Origin: Candidatus Spongiisociaceae bacterium
GTDB lineage: Bacteria > Actinomycetota > Acidimicrobiia > Spongiisociales > Spongiisociaceae
Assembly: GCA_965219685.1 (NCBI GenBank)
Contig: CBDCOH010000002.1
Location: 2,592,001 to 2,656,000, forward strand
Direction: 5' to 3'
DNA: 64,000 nucleotides
Each line of letters opens with the position of its first letter. The first letter of the stretch is position 1. Under the pieces are notes generated by a model that did not search any database, was not told the origin of the DNA, and saw only the letters and a program-made list of their open reading frames with translations. Of this stretch, positions 9,917 through 19,344 are shown piece after piece. Both the position numbers and the translations under genes were made by a program.

Positions 9917-12061
9917 TTAGTTGTCGAAGACCGAGTCGGCCAGGATCATCGAAATGTCCCTGACCGCCACCGATTCGTCCTCGCCCAACTCCCGGATGCC
10001 GTCGTCGAGCATGACGAAACAGAAGGGGCAGGCCACTGCCACCTCGTCGGCGCCGGTGGCCACGGCTTCCTCGGCGCGATCGATGTTGACCTTCTTGCCG
10101 ACGTGCTCCTCCATCCACATCTGGGAGCCGCCCGCACCGCAGCAGAATGAACGCGTACCCGAACGTCCCATCTCGACCACGTCGATCCCGCCGATCGACG
10201 CCACTACCCCACGAGGGGCCATGTACACGCCGTTGTGGCGACCGAGGTAGCACGAGTCGTGGTAGGTGACCTTCCGCCCTGATCCGTCCTTTGGCTCGAT
10301 CAGGCCCATCTCCACCAGTTCGGACAGGAGTTGGCTGTGATGGATGACCTCGTACTCACCGCCGAACTGCGGATACTCGTTCTTCAGGGTGTTGAAGCAG
10401 TGGGGACACTGGGTGATGACCTTCCTCACCCCTCGCTCCCCCAAGGTCTCGATGTTCTGCAGAGCGAGCATCTGGAAGACGAACTCGTTTCCGGAACGGC
10501 GGGCGGGATCGCCGGTGCACAACTCGGCCGGACCGAGGATGGCGAAGTCCACCCCGGCCTCGTGCATGAGCCGGGCGGTTGCCACCGTCACCTTCTGGTT
10601 CCGGTCGTCGAAGGAGCCCGCGCAGCCGACCCAGTACAGATACTCGGCCGTCTGCACATCCTGGCCGAGGATGGGAACGTCGAAATCCAACCGGGCCGTC
10701 CAGGCAGCCCGCTCACCCTGCCCCATCCCGTAGGGGTTGGAGGAGTTCTCCATCGACAGGTAGGCCTTGCCCAACTCGCTGGGGAAGTCCGCCTCCATGA
10801 GGGCTAGGTAGCGGCGCATGTCGAGGATCTTGTCGAGGATCTCGATGTCGACCGGGCATATCTCGTCGCATGCCTTGCAGGACGTGCATGCCCACAACTC
10901 CTCCGGGGTGATCCTCTCGAACACATTCTCCGCAGAGACGGTTATCGCCTGATCGACCGTGACCGGGGAGGTGACCACAGGCTCGGCGGTGCGGGCGGCC
11001 ACCTCCCCGAGCTTGAGGACGATCTCGCGGGGATCGAGGGGCTTCCCGGTGACGTTTGCGGGACACACCGACGTACACCGACCGCACACCGTGCAGGTGT
11101 CGGTGTCGAGAAGCTGCTTCCAGGTGAAGTCCCCGACCATCGCCGCGCCGACCGTCTCGATGTCCTCAACCTCCATCAGGTTGGGCATCTCCCGCATCGC
11201 GCCCGGTGGACGCTCGCGGGGACCCAAGAACATGTTGACGGGGGATGTGACCATGTGGCGGAGCTTGGTGGTGGGCAGCATCACGAGGAAGACGAGGAAG
11301 GACACGATGTGGAGTATCCAGATGACCTGATGGATGCCGGCGGCGGATCCGGCAGGAACCAGATAGGAGAGCGGGTAACCGACGAAAGACCAGATCTCGT
11401 GGGCCGGCCGGCCCTCCACTGCGATCCTCGCCGCCTCGGTCGCCACCCCCGTGATCCCGATCGCGGCCAGCGTGACGAGGATCCAGAGGTCCTCGGGTCG
11501 GGTCTTCGAGCGCAATCGCCACGGCGCCTGCGCGTACCGGCGAACCGCCGCCCACACCAGGCCGCCCAGGAATACCAGCGCCGCCCCGTCCAGCACGAAC
11601 GAGTAGACGCGGTAAACGTTGTCCTGTAGGAACTTGAAGTCTGCCGGAAGCAGATGGTCTATCTCGAGGGTCACCGTTCCGAGGAACAGGACCAGGAATC
11701 CGTAGTAGACCATCGAATGCATGAGCCCGGCCCACCGGTCCCGCATGAGCGTCTGCATTCGCAGCCCCACGCCCATCGCTTCGAGCCGGTCCTTCCACTG
11801 CCCCGTCCGCCGGTCCGGGCCACCCCGCTGCCAGTTTCGTGCCCGTAACGAGAACAGGTAGAAGGTCAGGAACAGGAAACCTGCCACCGCCACGTAGAAC
11901 AACGCCTCGAGGGCGGTCGGGATGTTGACGAAAACCTCGCGGGAGACGGGACTCTCGGCATGTCCGGGGAATTGACCGCCGAACCAACTCGCCAGCGTGC
12001 CGACGGCCGCCAGCACACCCAACCACACCAGGATCTCGGCGGCGGTGAACTTACGGCGCAT
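9917..12061 (-). CDS. Membrane Fe-S oxidoreductase (FadF / heterodisulfide reductase-related)
   Basis: N-terminal TMs, two CxxCxxCxxxCP ferredoxin motifs and two CCG domains (ELCTGDP, SFCCGAGG). Confidence 0.88.
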   Translation of the reverse strand: MRRKFTAAEILVWLGVLAAVGTLASWFGGQFPGHAESPVSREVFVNIPTALEALFYVAVAGFLFLTFYLFSLRARNWQRGGPDRRTGQWKDRLEAMGVGLRMQTLMRDRWAGLMHSMVYYGFLVLFLGTVTLEIDHLLPADFKFLQDNVYRVYSFVLDGAALVFLGGLVWAAVRRYAQAPWRLRSKTRPEDLWILVTLAAIGITGVATEAARIAVEGRPAHEIWSFVGYPLSYLVPAGSAAGIHQVIWILHIVSFLVFLVMLPTTKLRHMVTSPVNMFLGPRERPPGAMREMPNLMEVEDIETVGAAMVGDFTWKQLLDTDTCTVCGRCTSVCPANVTGKPLDPREIVLKLGEVAARTAEPVVTSPVTVDQAITVSAENVFERITPEELWACTSCKACDEICPVDIEILDKILDMRRYLALMEADFPSELGKAYLSMENSSNPYGMGQGERAAWTARLDFDVPILGQDVQTAEYLYWVGCAGSFDDRNQKVTVATARLMHEAGVDFAILGPAELCTGDPARRSGNEFVFQMLALQNIETLGERGVRKVITQCPHCFNTLKNEYPQFGGEYEVIHHSQLLSELVEMGLIEPKDGSGRKVTYHDSCYLGRHNGVYMAPRGVVASIGGIDVVEMGRSGTRSFCCGAGGSQMWMEEHVGKKVNIDRAEEAVATGADEVAVACPFCFVMLDDGIRELGEDESVAVRDISMILADSVFDN

Positions 12062-12101
12062 CCGGGGCCTCCTAGAGCGACGGTCTCCGGAGTGTAGAGG
12101 G

Positions 12102-12304
12102 TGGTGGGTGGTGAATGGTGAATGGTGAATCGTGAATGGTGAATCGTGAATGGTGAATCGTGAATCGTGAATGGTGAATCGTGAATGGTGGATGGTGGAT
12201 GGTGGATGGTGGATGGTGGATGGTGGGTGGTGGATGGTGAATGGTGAATGGTGAATGGTGAATGGTGAATGGTGAATGGTGAATGGTGAATGGTGAATGG
12301 TGAG
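12102..12304. repeat. Heptanucleotide tandem array, 29 units (TGGTGAA / TCGTGAA / TGGTGGA / TGGTGGG)
   Basis: Exact period 7 without indels over 203 bp, followed by GTTCTA; lies between the proC stop and the Fe-S oxidoreductase start. Confidence 0.97.
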
Positions 12305-12322
12305 GTTCTAACCCATCACCGA

Positions 12323-13138
12323 TCACCGCGAGGCTTCGGCTCCCAGTTCGACGGACCGCTTGGTAGCTGCTGCTATCGCCTCGCCTACCAGTGGCCCGAA
12401 TCCGCCCTGGGCCATCACTGCCAGCGCCGCCTCGGTGGTTCCCCCTGGGGAGGTGACTTTGTGGCGGAGTTCGGCGGGCGAGTCTTCGGACACCTCCATC
12501 AAGCTCCCCGCCCCTTTGATCGTCCGGGCCGCAAGCCGTAGGGCTGTACCCGCGTCCAGACCCTGGCGGACTCCCTCCTCGACCATCGCTTCGGCGAGGA
12601 GGTACACGTAAGCAGGCCCGCTGCCGGACACAGCGGTAACCGCATCGAGGAGTTCCTCCGGCACTTCCTCCACCGCTCCGACAGCTGCGAGCACGGCGCG
12701 CGCCAAGGCCATGTGCTCGGGAGTCGCGTGGGCGCCGGGAGCACAAGCAGTAATACCCTCGCCGATGAGCGCGGGCGTGTTGGGCATCGTCCGGATCACG
12801 GGCACGGCTCCCAGAGCGCGCTCGTAGACGATGATCGGCACGCCGGCCACCAGGGCGACCAGAACCTGGTCAGCTGTCACGACCGCCGCCAACTGATCGA
12901 GGGCCGCGCGGATGTCCTGGGGCTTGACCGCGAGAACCACCACCTGCTGGCCGGAGACGCCATCCTGTGGAGAGGCGACTGTGCGGCAGCCGGTCGTTGC
13001 GCGAAGCTCGGCGGCTCTCGGCTCGTACGCCTCTATCAGGGTGAGCTCCGCCGGCTTCCAACCGGCCTTCATCAACCCTGACAGCACCGCGCCACCCATC
13101 GCACCCACTCCGACTATGGCTATGGAAGGTCTGGCCAT
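12323..13138 (-). CDS. proC: Pyrroline-5-carboxylate reductase
   Basis: GVGAMG, LAVKPQ, RTMPNTP, SGSGPAY and VTSPGGTT. Confidence 0.96.
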   Translation of the reverse strand: MARPSIAIVGVGAMGGAVLSGLMKAGWKPAELTLIEAYEPRAAELRATTGCRTVASPQDGVSGQQVVVLAVKPQDIRAALDQLAAVVTADQVLVALVAGVPIIVYERALGAVPVIRTMPNTPALIGEGITACAPGAHATPEHMALARAVLAAVGAVEEVPEELLDAVTAVSGSGPAYVYLLAEAMVEEGVRQGLDAGTALRLAARTIKGAGSLMEVSEDSPAELRHKVTSPGGTTEAALAVMAQGGFGPLVGEAIAAATKRSVELGAEASR

Positions 13139-13200
13139 CGGCAGTCAGTATATGGCGGATCCGGCATCCGGGACAGGGATCGATAACCGAACCCGTAGGG

Positions 13201-13878
13201 TCAAACCGGTGACGACCGGCCCAGAACCTCCCGGATCGTCGATACCAGCGCCCCCACCGCATCCCGGTTGTATCCCTCGGGGATGATGACGTCGGCATAC
13301 CGCTTGGACGGCTCCACAAACTGGAGGTGCATCGGGCGCACGGTGGCCAGGTACTGACGCACGATGGAGTCGAATGACCTGCCCCGCTCCCTCATGTCCC
13401 GCTCCACCCGGCGGAGCACCCGCACGTCGGGATCGGTGTCTACGAATACCTGCAGATCCATGACCCGGCGCAGTTCGGGTTCCACGAGGATCAGGATTCC
13501 TTCGATCAGGACGACCGGGCGCGGCTCCACCACCGAGGTCTCGGGTCGGCGGAGATGCCGGGAGAAGTCGTAGACGGGTTGGTGGATGGGTCGGCCGGCC
13601 GCGAGATCCGTCACATGGGATGTGAGCAACTCCGTCTCCAGGGAATCTGGATGGTCGTAGTTGACCCTCGTTCGTTCCTCGTATGAGAGTTCGGGCCGGT
13701 GCCGGTAGTAGGCGTCGTGGGCTATCAGCGCCACGTGATCCGGCCCGATCTGCTCGACGATGGAGGCGCAGATGGTCGTCTTGCCGGAGCCCGAACCACC
13801 CGCCACTCCGATCACCAGAGGTGTCCCCTGCGGCCACTCCGGTTCCGGCGGCGCAGCCGTCCGGCCGTCCGGGGTCAC
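13201..13878 (-). CDS. udk: Uridine kinase
   Basis: GGSGSGKTT, NYDHPDS, EGIL, RRVERD and MHLQFVEPSKRYAD; GTG start overlaps the upstream stop. Confidence 0.93.
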   Translation of the reverse strand: MTPDGRTAAPPEPEWPQGTPLVIGVAGGSGSGKTTICASIVEQIGPDHVALIAHDAYYRHRPELSYEERTRVNYDHPDSLETELLTSHVTDLAAGRPIHQPVYDFSRHLRRPETSVVEPRPVVLIEGILILVEPELRRVMDLQVFVDTDPDVRVLRRVERDMRERGRSFDSIVRQYLATVRPMHLQFVEPSKRYADVIIPEGYNRDAVGALVSTIREVLGRSSPV

Positions 13879-14444
13879 CGCTTCTTCTTCCGGGCCTTCT
13901 GCTCGGCTTTCATCCGCGCCTTGTGCTGCCTCAGCTCCTCGATCTGATCGAAGTCGGAGATGTCGGCTATGGAAGGCCAGTCGGCCGCCACCGCCTCCCA
14001 GCCCTCCGGTGCCTCCTCCAGACGTTTGCCCACTATTCCTACGAAGATCCGGGACTTGGCGACGCCGAAGCCGGGCAGCTTCTTGAGACGCCTCAGCAGA
14101 TCCGGCCCATCGCCCGCGGTGCGCCAAACAGCCGCTACATCGCCGTCGTAGTCATCGACGAGGGCCTGGCAGAGAGCTTGGGTACGGCGACCCATCGAGT
14201 TGGGGAAGCGGTGCAGCGCCGGCGGCCCCCGGAATATGGACTCGAGTTCATCACCGTCCATCGAGGCAATGTGGGCCGCATCCAACGGACGGCCCAACCG
14301 CTCCTGGAGTAGGTGGGGCGAGTTGAACGCCATCTCCATCTTCACCTGCTGGTCGAGCAGCATTCCGATCATGAGGGCGAGCGGGCTGCGGGCCAGCAAC
14401 CGATTGGCCTCCTCCGAGTACGTCCACGGGAGTGTGTCCGGCAT
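13875..14444 (-). CDS. HhH-GPD-type base excision repair protein (actinobacterial TIGR03252-like)
   Basis: LALMIGMLLDQQ, PPALHRFP and LPGFG helix-hairpin-helix. Confidence 0.85.
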   Translation of the reverse strand: MPDTLPWTYSEEANRLLARSPLALMIGMLLDQQVKMEMAFNSPHLLQERLGRPLDAAHIASMDGDELESIFRGPPALHRFPNSMGRRTQALCQALVDDYDGDVAAVWRTAGDGPDLLRRLKKLPGFGVAKSRIFVGIVGKRLEEAPEGWEAVAADWPSIADISDFDQIEELRQHKARMKAEQKARKKKR

Positions 14445-14508
14445 CGATCCTCCTCTCGTAACCAAACGGTAGCGGTCGGGCCGGGATGTAGTACCCCGAC
14501 ACATCTGG

Positions 14509-15441
14509 TTGACTTGGAACGTGTCCGTGATGCTAAACCCCACCACCGAGAGGCAGGAGTGGCTGGAGATCCTCCGACGGGAACTCCCCGATGAGCGAAT
14601 CCAGCTGTGGCCGGACATCGACGACCCCGATTCGGTCGAGTTTGCCGTTTTCTGGCTCCACGACACCACCGACCTGCTCCGCTACCCGAAACTGCGGACC
14701 ATCCTGTCGGTGAGCGCCGGGGTGGAGCAGTTCCTCCGTGGCGACTACCCCGACGTACCGATCGTCAGGATGTCCGATCCGGCGATGGCGGACGAGATGG
14801 CGGCCTACGCCGTCCACTGGGTGGTCCACTTCCACCGCCGGATGGCCACCTACCTGGAACTCCAGACCGCGAGCGAGTGGCGTCCGATCAGGACCGTGGA
14901 TGCCCATGGCTTCCCGGTGGGCATTCTGGGTTATGGCATGATGGGCCGCAGGGTTGGAGATGCGCTCGCCCGGCTCGGATATCCGTTGGGGGCATGGACC
15001 CGGTCGGGTGGCCAGAATCCCGGCGTCACGCATTTTCGAGGATCCGACGGTCTCGACCAGATGTTGGGCGTCTCCGCCGCCGTCATAAACATCCTGCCGC
15101 TCACGCCGGACACCGAAGGACTGATGAACGCGGAGCGGTTCGCCCGATTCCGTGGTGGCGCCCTGTACATGTCGATGGGACGGGGCGGCACGACCGTCGA
15201 GGCCGACCTCCTCGCCGCGCTCGACCGCGGTCCCCTGAGGACAGCGGTGCTCGACGTAACCGCCGCGGAGCCACTGCCTCCCGGATCACCCCTCTGGAGC
15301 CACCCCAGGGTCCGGATCACCCCCCACGCAAGCGGGTTCACCAGGGCCCGGACTGCTGCCCCACTCGTAGCCGCCAACGTCCGCCGGATTCGCAGAGGTG
15401 AGCACCCATTCCCGTTGTACGATCCTCAACGGGGCTACTGA
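14509..15441 (+). CDS. ghrA: D-2-hydroxyacid dehydrogenase (glyoxylate/hydroxypyruvate reductase A-like)
   Basis: GILGYGMMG, LPLTPDT, GRG, LDVT..EPLP and ITPH. Confidence 0.8.
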   Translation: MTWNVSVMLNPTTERQEWLEILRRELPDERIQLWPDIDDPDSVEFAVFWLHDTTDLLRYPKLRTILSVSAGVEQFLRGDYPDVPIVRMSDPAMADEMAAYAVHWVVHFHRRMATYLELQTASEWRPIRTVDAHGFPVGILGYGMMGRRVGDALARLGYPLGAWTRSGGQNPGVTHFRGSDGLDQMLGVSAAVINILPLTPDTEGLMNAERFARFRGGALYMSMGRGGTTVEADLLAALDRGPLRTAVLDVTAAEPLPPGSPLWSHPRVRITPHASGFTRARTAAPLVAANVRRIRRGEHPFPLYDPQRGY

Positions 15442-15547
15442 ATGGTGCCACGGCAGCCGGCGCCACGCGGGGGTGACAAGTCCGGAAGCGGACGTCCCGT
15501 CCACCCTCTGGCATGACTCAGGTCCCTCTCGCTACTGTCCTGCGTAT

Positions 15548-16333
15548 ATGGATCTGGCTGACCGGGTGTGCGTGGTAACAGGAGGCGCAGGAGGGATCGG
15601 CGCGGCGCTCGCGCGCAGGTTCGTGGCCGAAGGCGCCGGCGCGGTCGTGATCACGGACCTTGACAAGGACCGGACCGCAGCCGCGGCGGCTGAGATAGGC
15701 TGCATCGGACTCCCCCGCGACGTCACGGATGCGCAGGCGGTCGGAAGCCTCGTCCGGCGCGTGCTTGCCGATCATGGAAGGATCGACCTCTTCGCCTCCA
15801 ATGCGGGGGCGTCCGTGGACGGGGGCGTCGACGTGCAGGACGGGGACTGGCAGAGGTTGTGGGACCTCCACGTCATGGCACATGTCTATGCGGCCCGGGC
15901 GGTGTTACGACCGATGATCGCTGCAGGAGGCGGCTACCTGCTGCAGACGGTGTCCGCCGCCGGGCTCCTCGCATCCCTGACCAGCCTTCCCTACACGGTC
16001 ACCAAGACCGCCTCGCTGGCGTTGGCCGAATGGTTGGCGATCACCTACCGCCAAGCCAACATCCGGGTGTCGGCAGTGTGTCCATTGGTAGTGGACACCC
16101 CTCTTGCGGCGCGCTTCCATCTCGATGGCGGGGCGGGGCCTGCCATGAGCCCGGATGAGGTCGCAGGAGCCGTCGTCGAAGGGATCCGCGACGAGCGCTT
16201 CCTCATCCTCCCCCATCCGGAGGTGGCTGACTTCATGGATCGGAAGGCCTCGGACAGGGATCGCTGGCTGGCCGGCATGTCCAGGTTGTTCGAACATGTC
16301 ACATCCGAGACCGGGGCGGACAGCTCCACTTGA
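15548..16333 (+). CDS. Short-chain dehydrogenase/reductase
   Basis: TGGAGGIG, SNAG and YTVTK (YxxxK). Confidence 0.9.
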   Translation: MDLADRVCVVTGGAGGIGAALARRFVAEGAGAVVITDLDKDRTAAAAAEIGCIGLPRDVTDAQAVGSLVRRVLADHGRIDLFASNAGASVDGGVDVQDGDWQRLWDLHVMAHVYAARAVLRPMIAAGGGYLLQTVSAAGLLASLTSLPYTVTKTASLALAEWLAITYRQANIRVSAVCPLVVDTPLAARFHLDGGAGPAMSPDEVAGAVVEGIRDERFLILPHPEVADFMDRKASDRDRWLAGMSRLFEHVTSETGADSST

Positions 16334-17151
16334 GAGTTGCAGCGATCGATCTGCGCGGCGTCACGGTGATGAAGGCCGGGAAGGAATTGATCTCCGGTGT
16401 GGACTGGCGGGTGGAAACGGGCGAGCGCTGGGTGCTGTTCGGTCCGAACGGGGCAGGTAAGACAACCCTGCTGCAGGTGGTCTCCACCTACCAGTTCCCG
16501 GCCCGGGGGACCGCCACCATCCTCGGCCAGCAGATGGGACACACCGACGTTCGCCGCCTCCGTCCCCGGATCGGCTATGTGGGACCGGCGCCGGCGGCCC
16601 TGGTCAGGCGTCACCTTCCGTGCAGGGACATCGTGGTCACCGGCCGCCATGCGGCGTTCGTGGACACGCGATGGCATCACTACACCGACGCGGACTGGGA
16701 ATTCGCCCACCGTCAAATGGAGACCATGGGAGTAGCGGCTCTGGCGGACCGCGAGTTCGCCACGCTTTCCGATGGGGAGAGGAAGCGGGTCCTCATCGCC
16801 AGGGCCCTCGTGGCTCGTCCCGACCTGCTGCTGCTGGACGAGCCTGGGACCGGGCTCGACCTGGGCGCGCGGGAACGCCTGATCGCTTCCCTGTCCGGCA
16901 TGGCCGGGAATGCGGAGGGCCTGACTGTGATCCTGGTCACCCACCATGTGGAGGAGATCCCCCCCGGATTCGACAGGATGCTGATCCTGGCCGATGGCCG
17001 GGTGACGGCCCGCGGGGAGATCAGCCGGACGCTGACCGGCGACACCCTGACCGCCATCTACGGAATCCCGATCGGGGTGACTTCTTCCAACGGCCGTTAC
17101 ATGGCTACAGGCAACCACCATCCGGGGCGGACCATTGGTCCCAACTCGTAA
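16330..17151 (+). CDS. ABC ATP-binding protein (ModF/YlmA-like)
   Basis: GPNGAGKTT, LSDGE, LLLLDEP and H-loop VTHH. Confidence 0.88.
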   Translation: MRVAAIDLRGVTVMKAGKELISGVDWRVETGERWVLFGPNGAGKTTLLQVVSTYQFPARGTATILGQQMGHTDVRRLRPRIGYVGPAPAALVRRHLPCRDIVVTGRHAAFVDTRWHHYTDADWEFAHRQMETMGVAALADREFATLSDGERKRVLIARALVARPDLLLLDEPGTGLDLGARERLIASLSGMAGNAEGLTVILVTHHVEEIPPGFDRMLILADGRVTARGEISRTLTGDTLTAIYGIPIGVTSSNGRYMATGNHHPGRTIGPNS

Positions 17152-17342
17152 CTCCTGGTTGGCCCGGCCTTAACCCGGAGGTGGCACGGGATCGACATCC
17201 ATCGGGTACCTTCTCCGGTAACGCTCCGAGACTCGGCGAGCCAGGATTGCGACGCTCGCCGCGGCTCGGAGCCACATGTTCTCAGGGCAGAGGTTTCGCG
17301 CCTTCCGGGAAGCGCACGGTTGTTCCTCGACGGGCCGCCGGC

Positions 17343-17579
17343 TCAGACCTTGATGCCGCGGCGACGCATGTCGGCGATCACGGCCTCTATACCTTTCTTG
17401 TCGATCGTCTTTATCCCCTTGGTGCTGACCGTCAGGGTCACGTAGCGGCGCTGCGACGGAACCCAGTAGCGCTTCTTCTGGACATTCGGGGTCCAGCGAC
17501 GGTTCGAACGCTTGTGAGAGAACGAAACCTTCTTGCCGAACGTGGGCTTCTTCCCCGTCACCATGCAGATCTTGGACAT
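17343..17579 (-). CDS. rpmB: 50S ribosomal protein L28 (long, non-zinc C- form)
   Basis: [10 protein letters not shown]...[14 protein letters not shown]...[12 protein letters not shown]. Confidence 0.95.
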   Translation of the reverse strand: MSKICMVTGKKPTFGKKVSFSHKRSNRRWTPNVQKKRYWVPSQRRYVTLTVSTKGIKTIDKKGIEAVIADMRRRGIKV

Positions 17580-17819
17580 GTCGAGACCCCCGCGATGTAG
17601 AGGGATAGGGCGGATGCCAGTCTAGATGAGATGGCAGGTAGCGCAAGCCCCGCCGCCCCAACTGCGGGACATCTGTCCCGGACGATGGGGTTCCCCGCTA
17701 TCGGGCCAGGTTCCGAGCCCTCCGTGCCGCGGTGAAAACAGGAGCTATTCCCAACCCGGTTTCGTGGCGTCTGCTAGGTTGCGAGAGGTTAGGCCAGCAA
17801 CAGGGGAGACCAGATTCAG

Positions 17820-19208
17820 ATGGAACTCGCGCAACGTAATCGTGTCTTCACGAAGTCCGGAATCGCGGCGGTCGTCGTTCTCACGCTCGGACTGCTATTC
17901 CTCCGACCATTGGTAGTACACGCCGCCGGCTTGGTAGAGGGAGAGACCCAGTTCGTCCTCAACACCTTCGCCTTCCTCGTGTGGGGCGCGCTGGTGATGT
18001 GGATGTGTGCCGGTTTCACGATGCTGGAATCCGGCGCGGTCCGGACGAAGAACGCCTCGATGATCTGCCTGAAGAACATCGGCATCTACTCGATCGCCGG
18101 ACTGGCCTACTTCATTCTCGGCTACAACCTCATGTACGTGGACGTGGGTGGATTCATCGGTAAGTTCACCATCTTCTACGGGTCCTCGGTGAGTGAACTC
18201 GCCCTCCTGGACGGAGCGGCGGGGGCGGCCTCGGAGGTGGTTGGCAACGGGTATGCGGTGATGTCCGACTGGTTCTTCCAGATGGTCTTCGTCGCAACCA
18301 CTGCCTCCATCGTGTCGGGCGCTATCGCCGAGCGGGTCAAGATGTGGTCGTTCTTCCTGTTCACGCTGATCCTGACCGCGGTCCTCTACCCGATCATCGG
18401 CGCTTGGACCTGGGGAGAAGGCTGGCTGTACGAGATGGGGTTCGTGGACTTCGCCGGCTCCACCATCGTCCACAGTACCGGCGGATGGGCGGCCCTGGCC
18501 GGGCTGATCGTCATCGGGCCCAGGCTCGGAAAGTTCCGGAAGGATGGCTCCGTCAAGCCGACTCCCCCGTCCAACGTGCTGGTGGTGACCCTCGGGGTCT
18601 TCATCCTCTGGCTGGGATGGTTCGGGTTCAACGGCGGCTCGCAACTGGCGCTCGGAAGCGCGCTCGACGCGGTGGCCATGAGCAACGTGCTCGTCAACAC
18701 GAACCTGGCTGCGGCTGCCGGTGTCGTGGCCGCCCTCGCCGTCTCACGGCCCCTCCTGGGCAACATGGACCTGTTCGCCGGTCTGAACGGGGCGATCGCC
18801 GGCCTGGTGTCGATCACCGCCGGCCCGAACGTCAACGACCACTGGTGGGCGATCATTATCGGCGCCATCGGCGGCGTGCTGTGCACGGCGGGCATCAAGT
18901 GGCTGACGCAACTGAAGATCGACGACGTGGTGGGGGCGGTTCCTGCTCACCTGTTGTGCGGCATCTGGGGAACCCTGGCAGCCAGCATCGCGGCGGGCGC
19001 ACAGCTCGGGGTGCAGATCGTCGGCATCCTCGCAGTCGGAGCGTTCGCATTCATCGCCTCCTACATCGTGTGGCGTCTGATCGATATGACGGTCGGGCTG
19101 CGGGTGTCGAAGCAGGTCGAGCGGATGGGCCAGGACAGCGGCGAACTGGGGATCGAGGCATATCCCGAGTTCGTGCTCATGCCCGAAGAATTCGGCGACG
19201 AGGACTAG
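17820..19208 (+). CDS. amt: Ammonium transporter
   Basis: AGFTMLESG, FFQMVF, DFAGSTIVH, GWFGFNGGS and IDDVVGAVPAH (twin His present). Confidence 0.95.
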   Translation: MELAQRNRVFTKSGIAAVVVLTLGLLFLRPLVVHAAGLVEGETQFVLNTFAFLVWGALVMWMCAGFTMLESGAVRTKNASMICLKNIGIYSIAGLAYFILGYNLMYVDVGGFIGKFTIFYGSSVSELALLDGAAGAASEVVGNGYAVMSDWFFQMVFVATTASIVSGAIAERVKMWSFFLFTLILTAVLYPIIGAWTWGEGWLYEMGFVDFAGSTIVHSTGGWAALAGLIVIGPRLGKFRKDGSVKPTPPSNVLVVTLGVFILWLGWFGFNGGSQLALGSALDAVAMSNVLVNTNLAAAAGVVAALAVSRPLLGNMDLFAGLNGAIAGLVSITAGPNVNDHWWAIIIGAIGGVLCTAGIKWLTQLKIDDVVGAVPAHLLCGIWGTLAASIAAGAQLGVQIVGILAVGAFAFIASYIVWRLIDMTVGLRVSKQVERMGQDSGELGIEAYPEFVLMPEEFGDED

Positions 19209-19226
19209 GAACGGTACACCCGTCCC

Positions 19227-19275
19227 GGATCCCCTACGGAGCGCCCCGCCGGCGCCCGTAGGGGATCCTTCTTTT
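19227..19275 (+). terminator. Intrinsic terminator after amt
   Basis: GGATCCCCTACGG ... CCGTAGGGGATCC 13-bp stem followed by TTCTTTT. Confidence 0.8.
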
Positions 19276-19313
19276 CGAGCCCCGTACGAACGCACTAGCC
19301 GAGCTAGCTAAGG

Positions 19314-19344
19314 GATCTAACCACCGATTATCAACTAGCAACTA
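19314..19344 (-). repeat. Short heptamer element starting at the quinone oxidoreductase stop (TAGTTGC TAGTTGA TAATCGG TGGTTAG ATC)
   Basis: Period-7 units on the minus strand; shares the exact 14-mer TAATCGGTGGTTAG with 38512-38525. Confidence 0.65.

Noticed and set aside
12072-12746. ORFs with HHSPFTI or MVDGGWW repeats (also 39692-40441, 58210-58884, 58804-59217, 58811-59647)
   Set aside because: These are translation artefacts of the heptamer arrays and overlap well-supported genes in other frames.
17725-17760. Possible Zur or GlnR box between rpmB and amt (TGAAAACAGGAGCTATTCCCA)
   Set aside because: Half-site spacing and symmetry do not fit either consensus.
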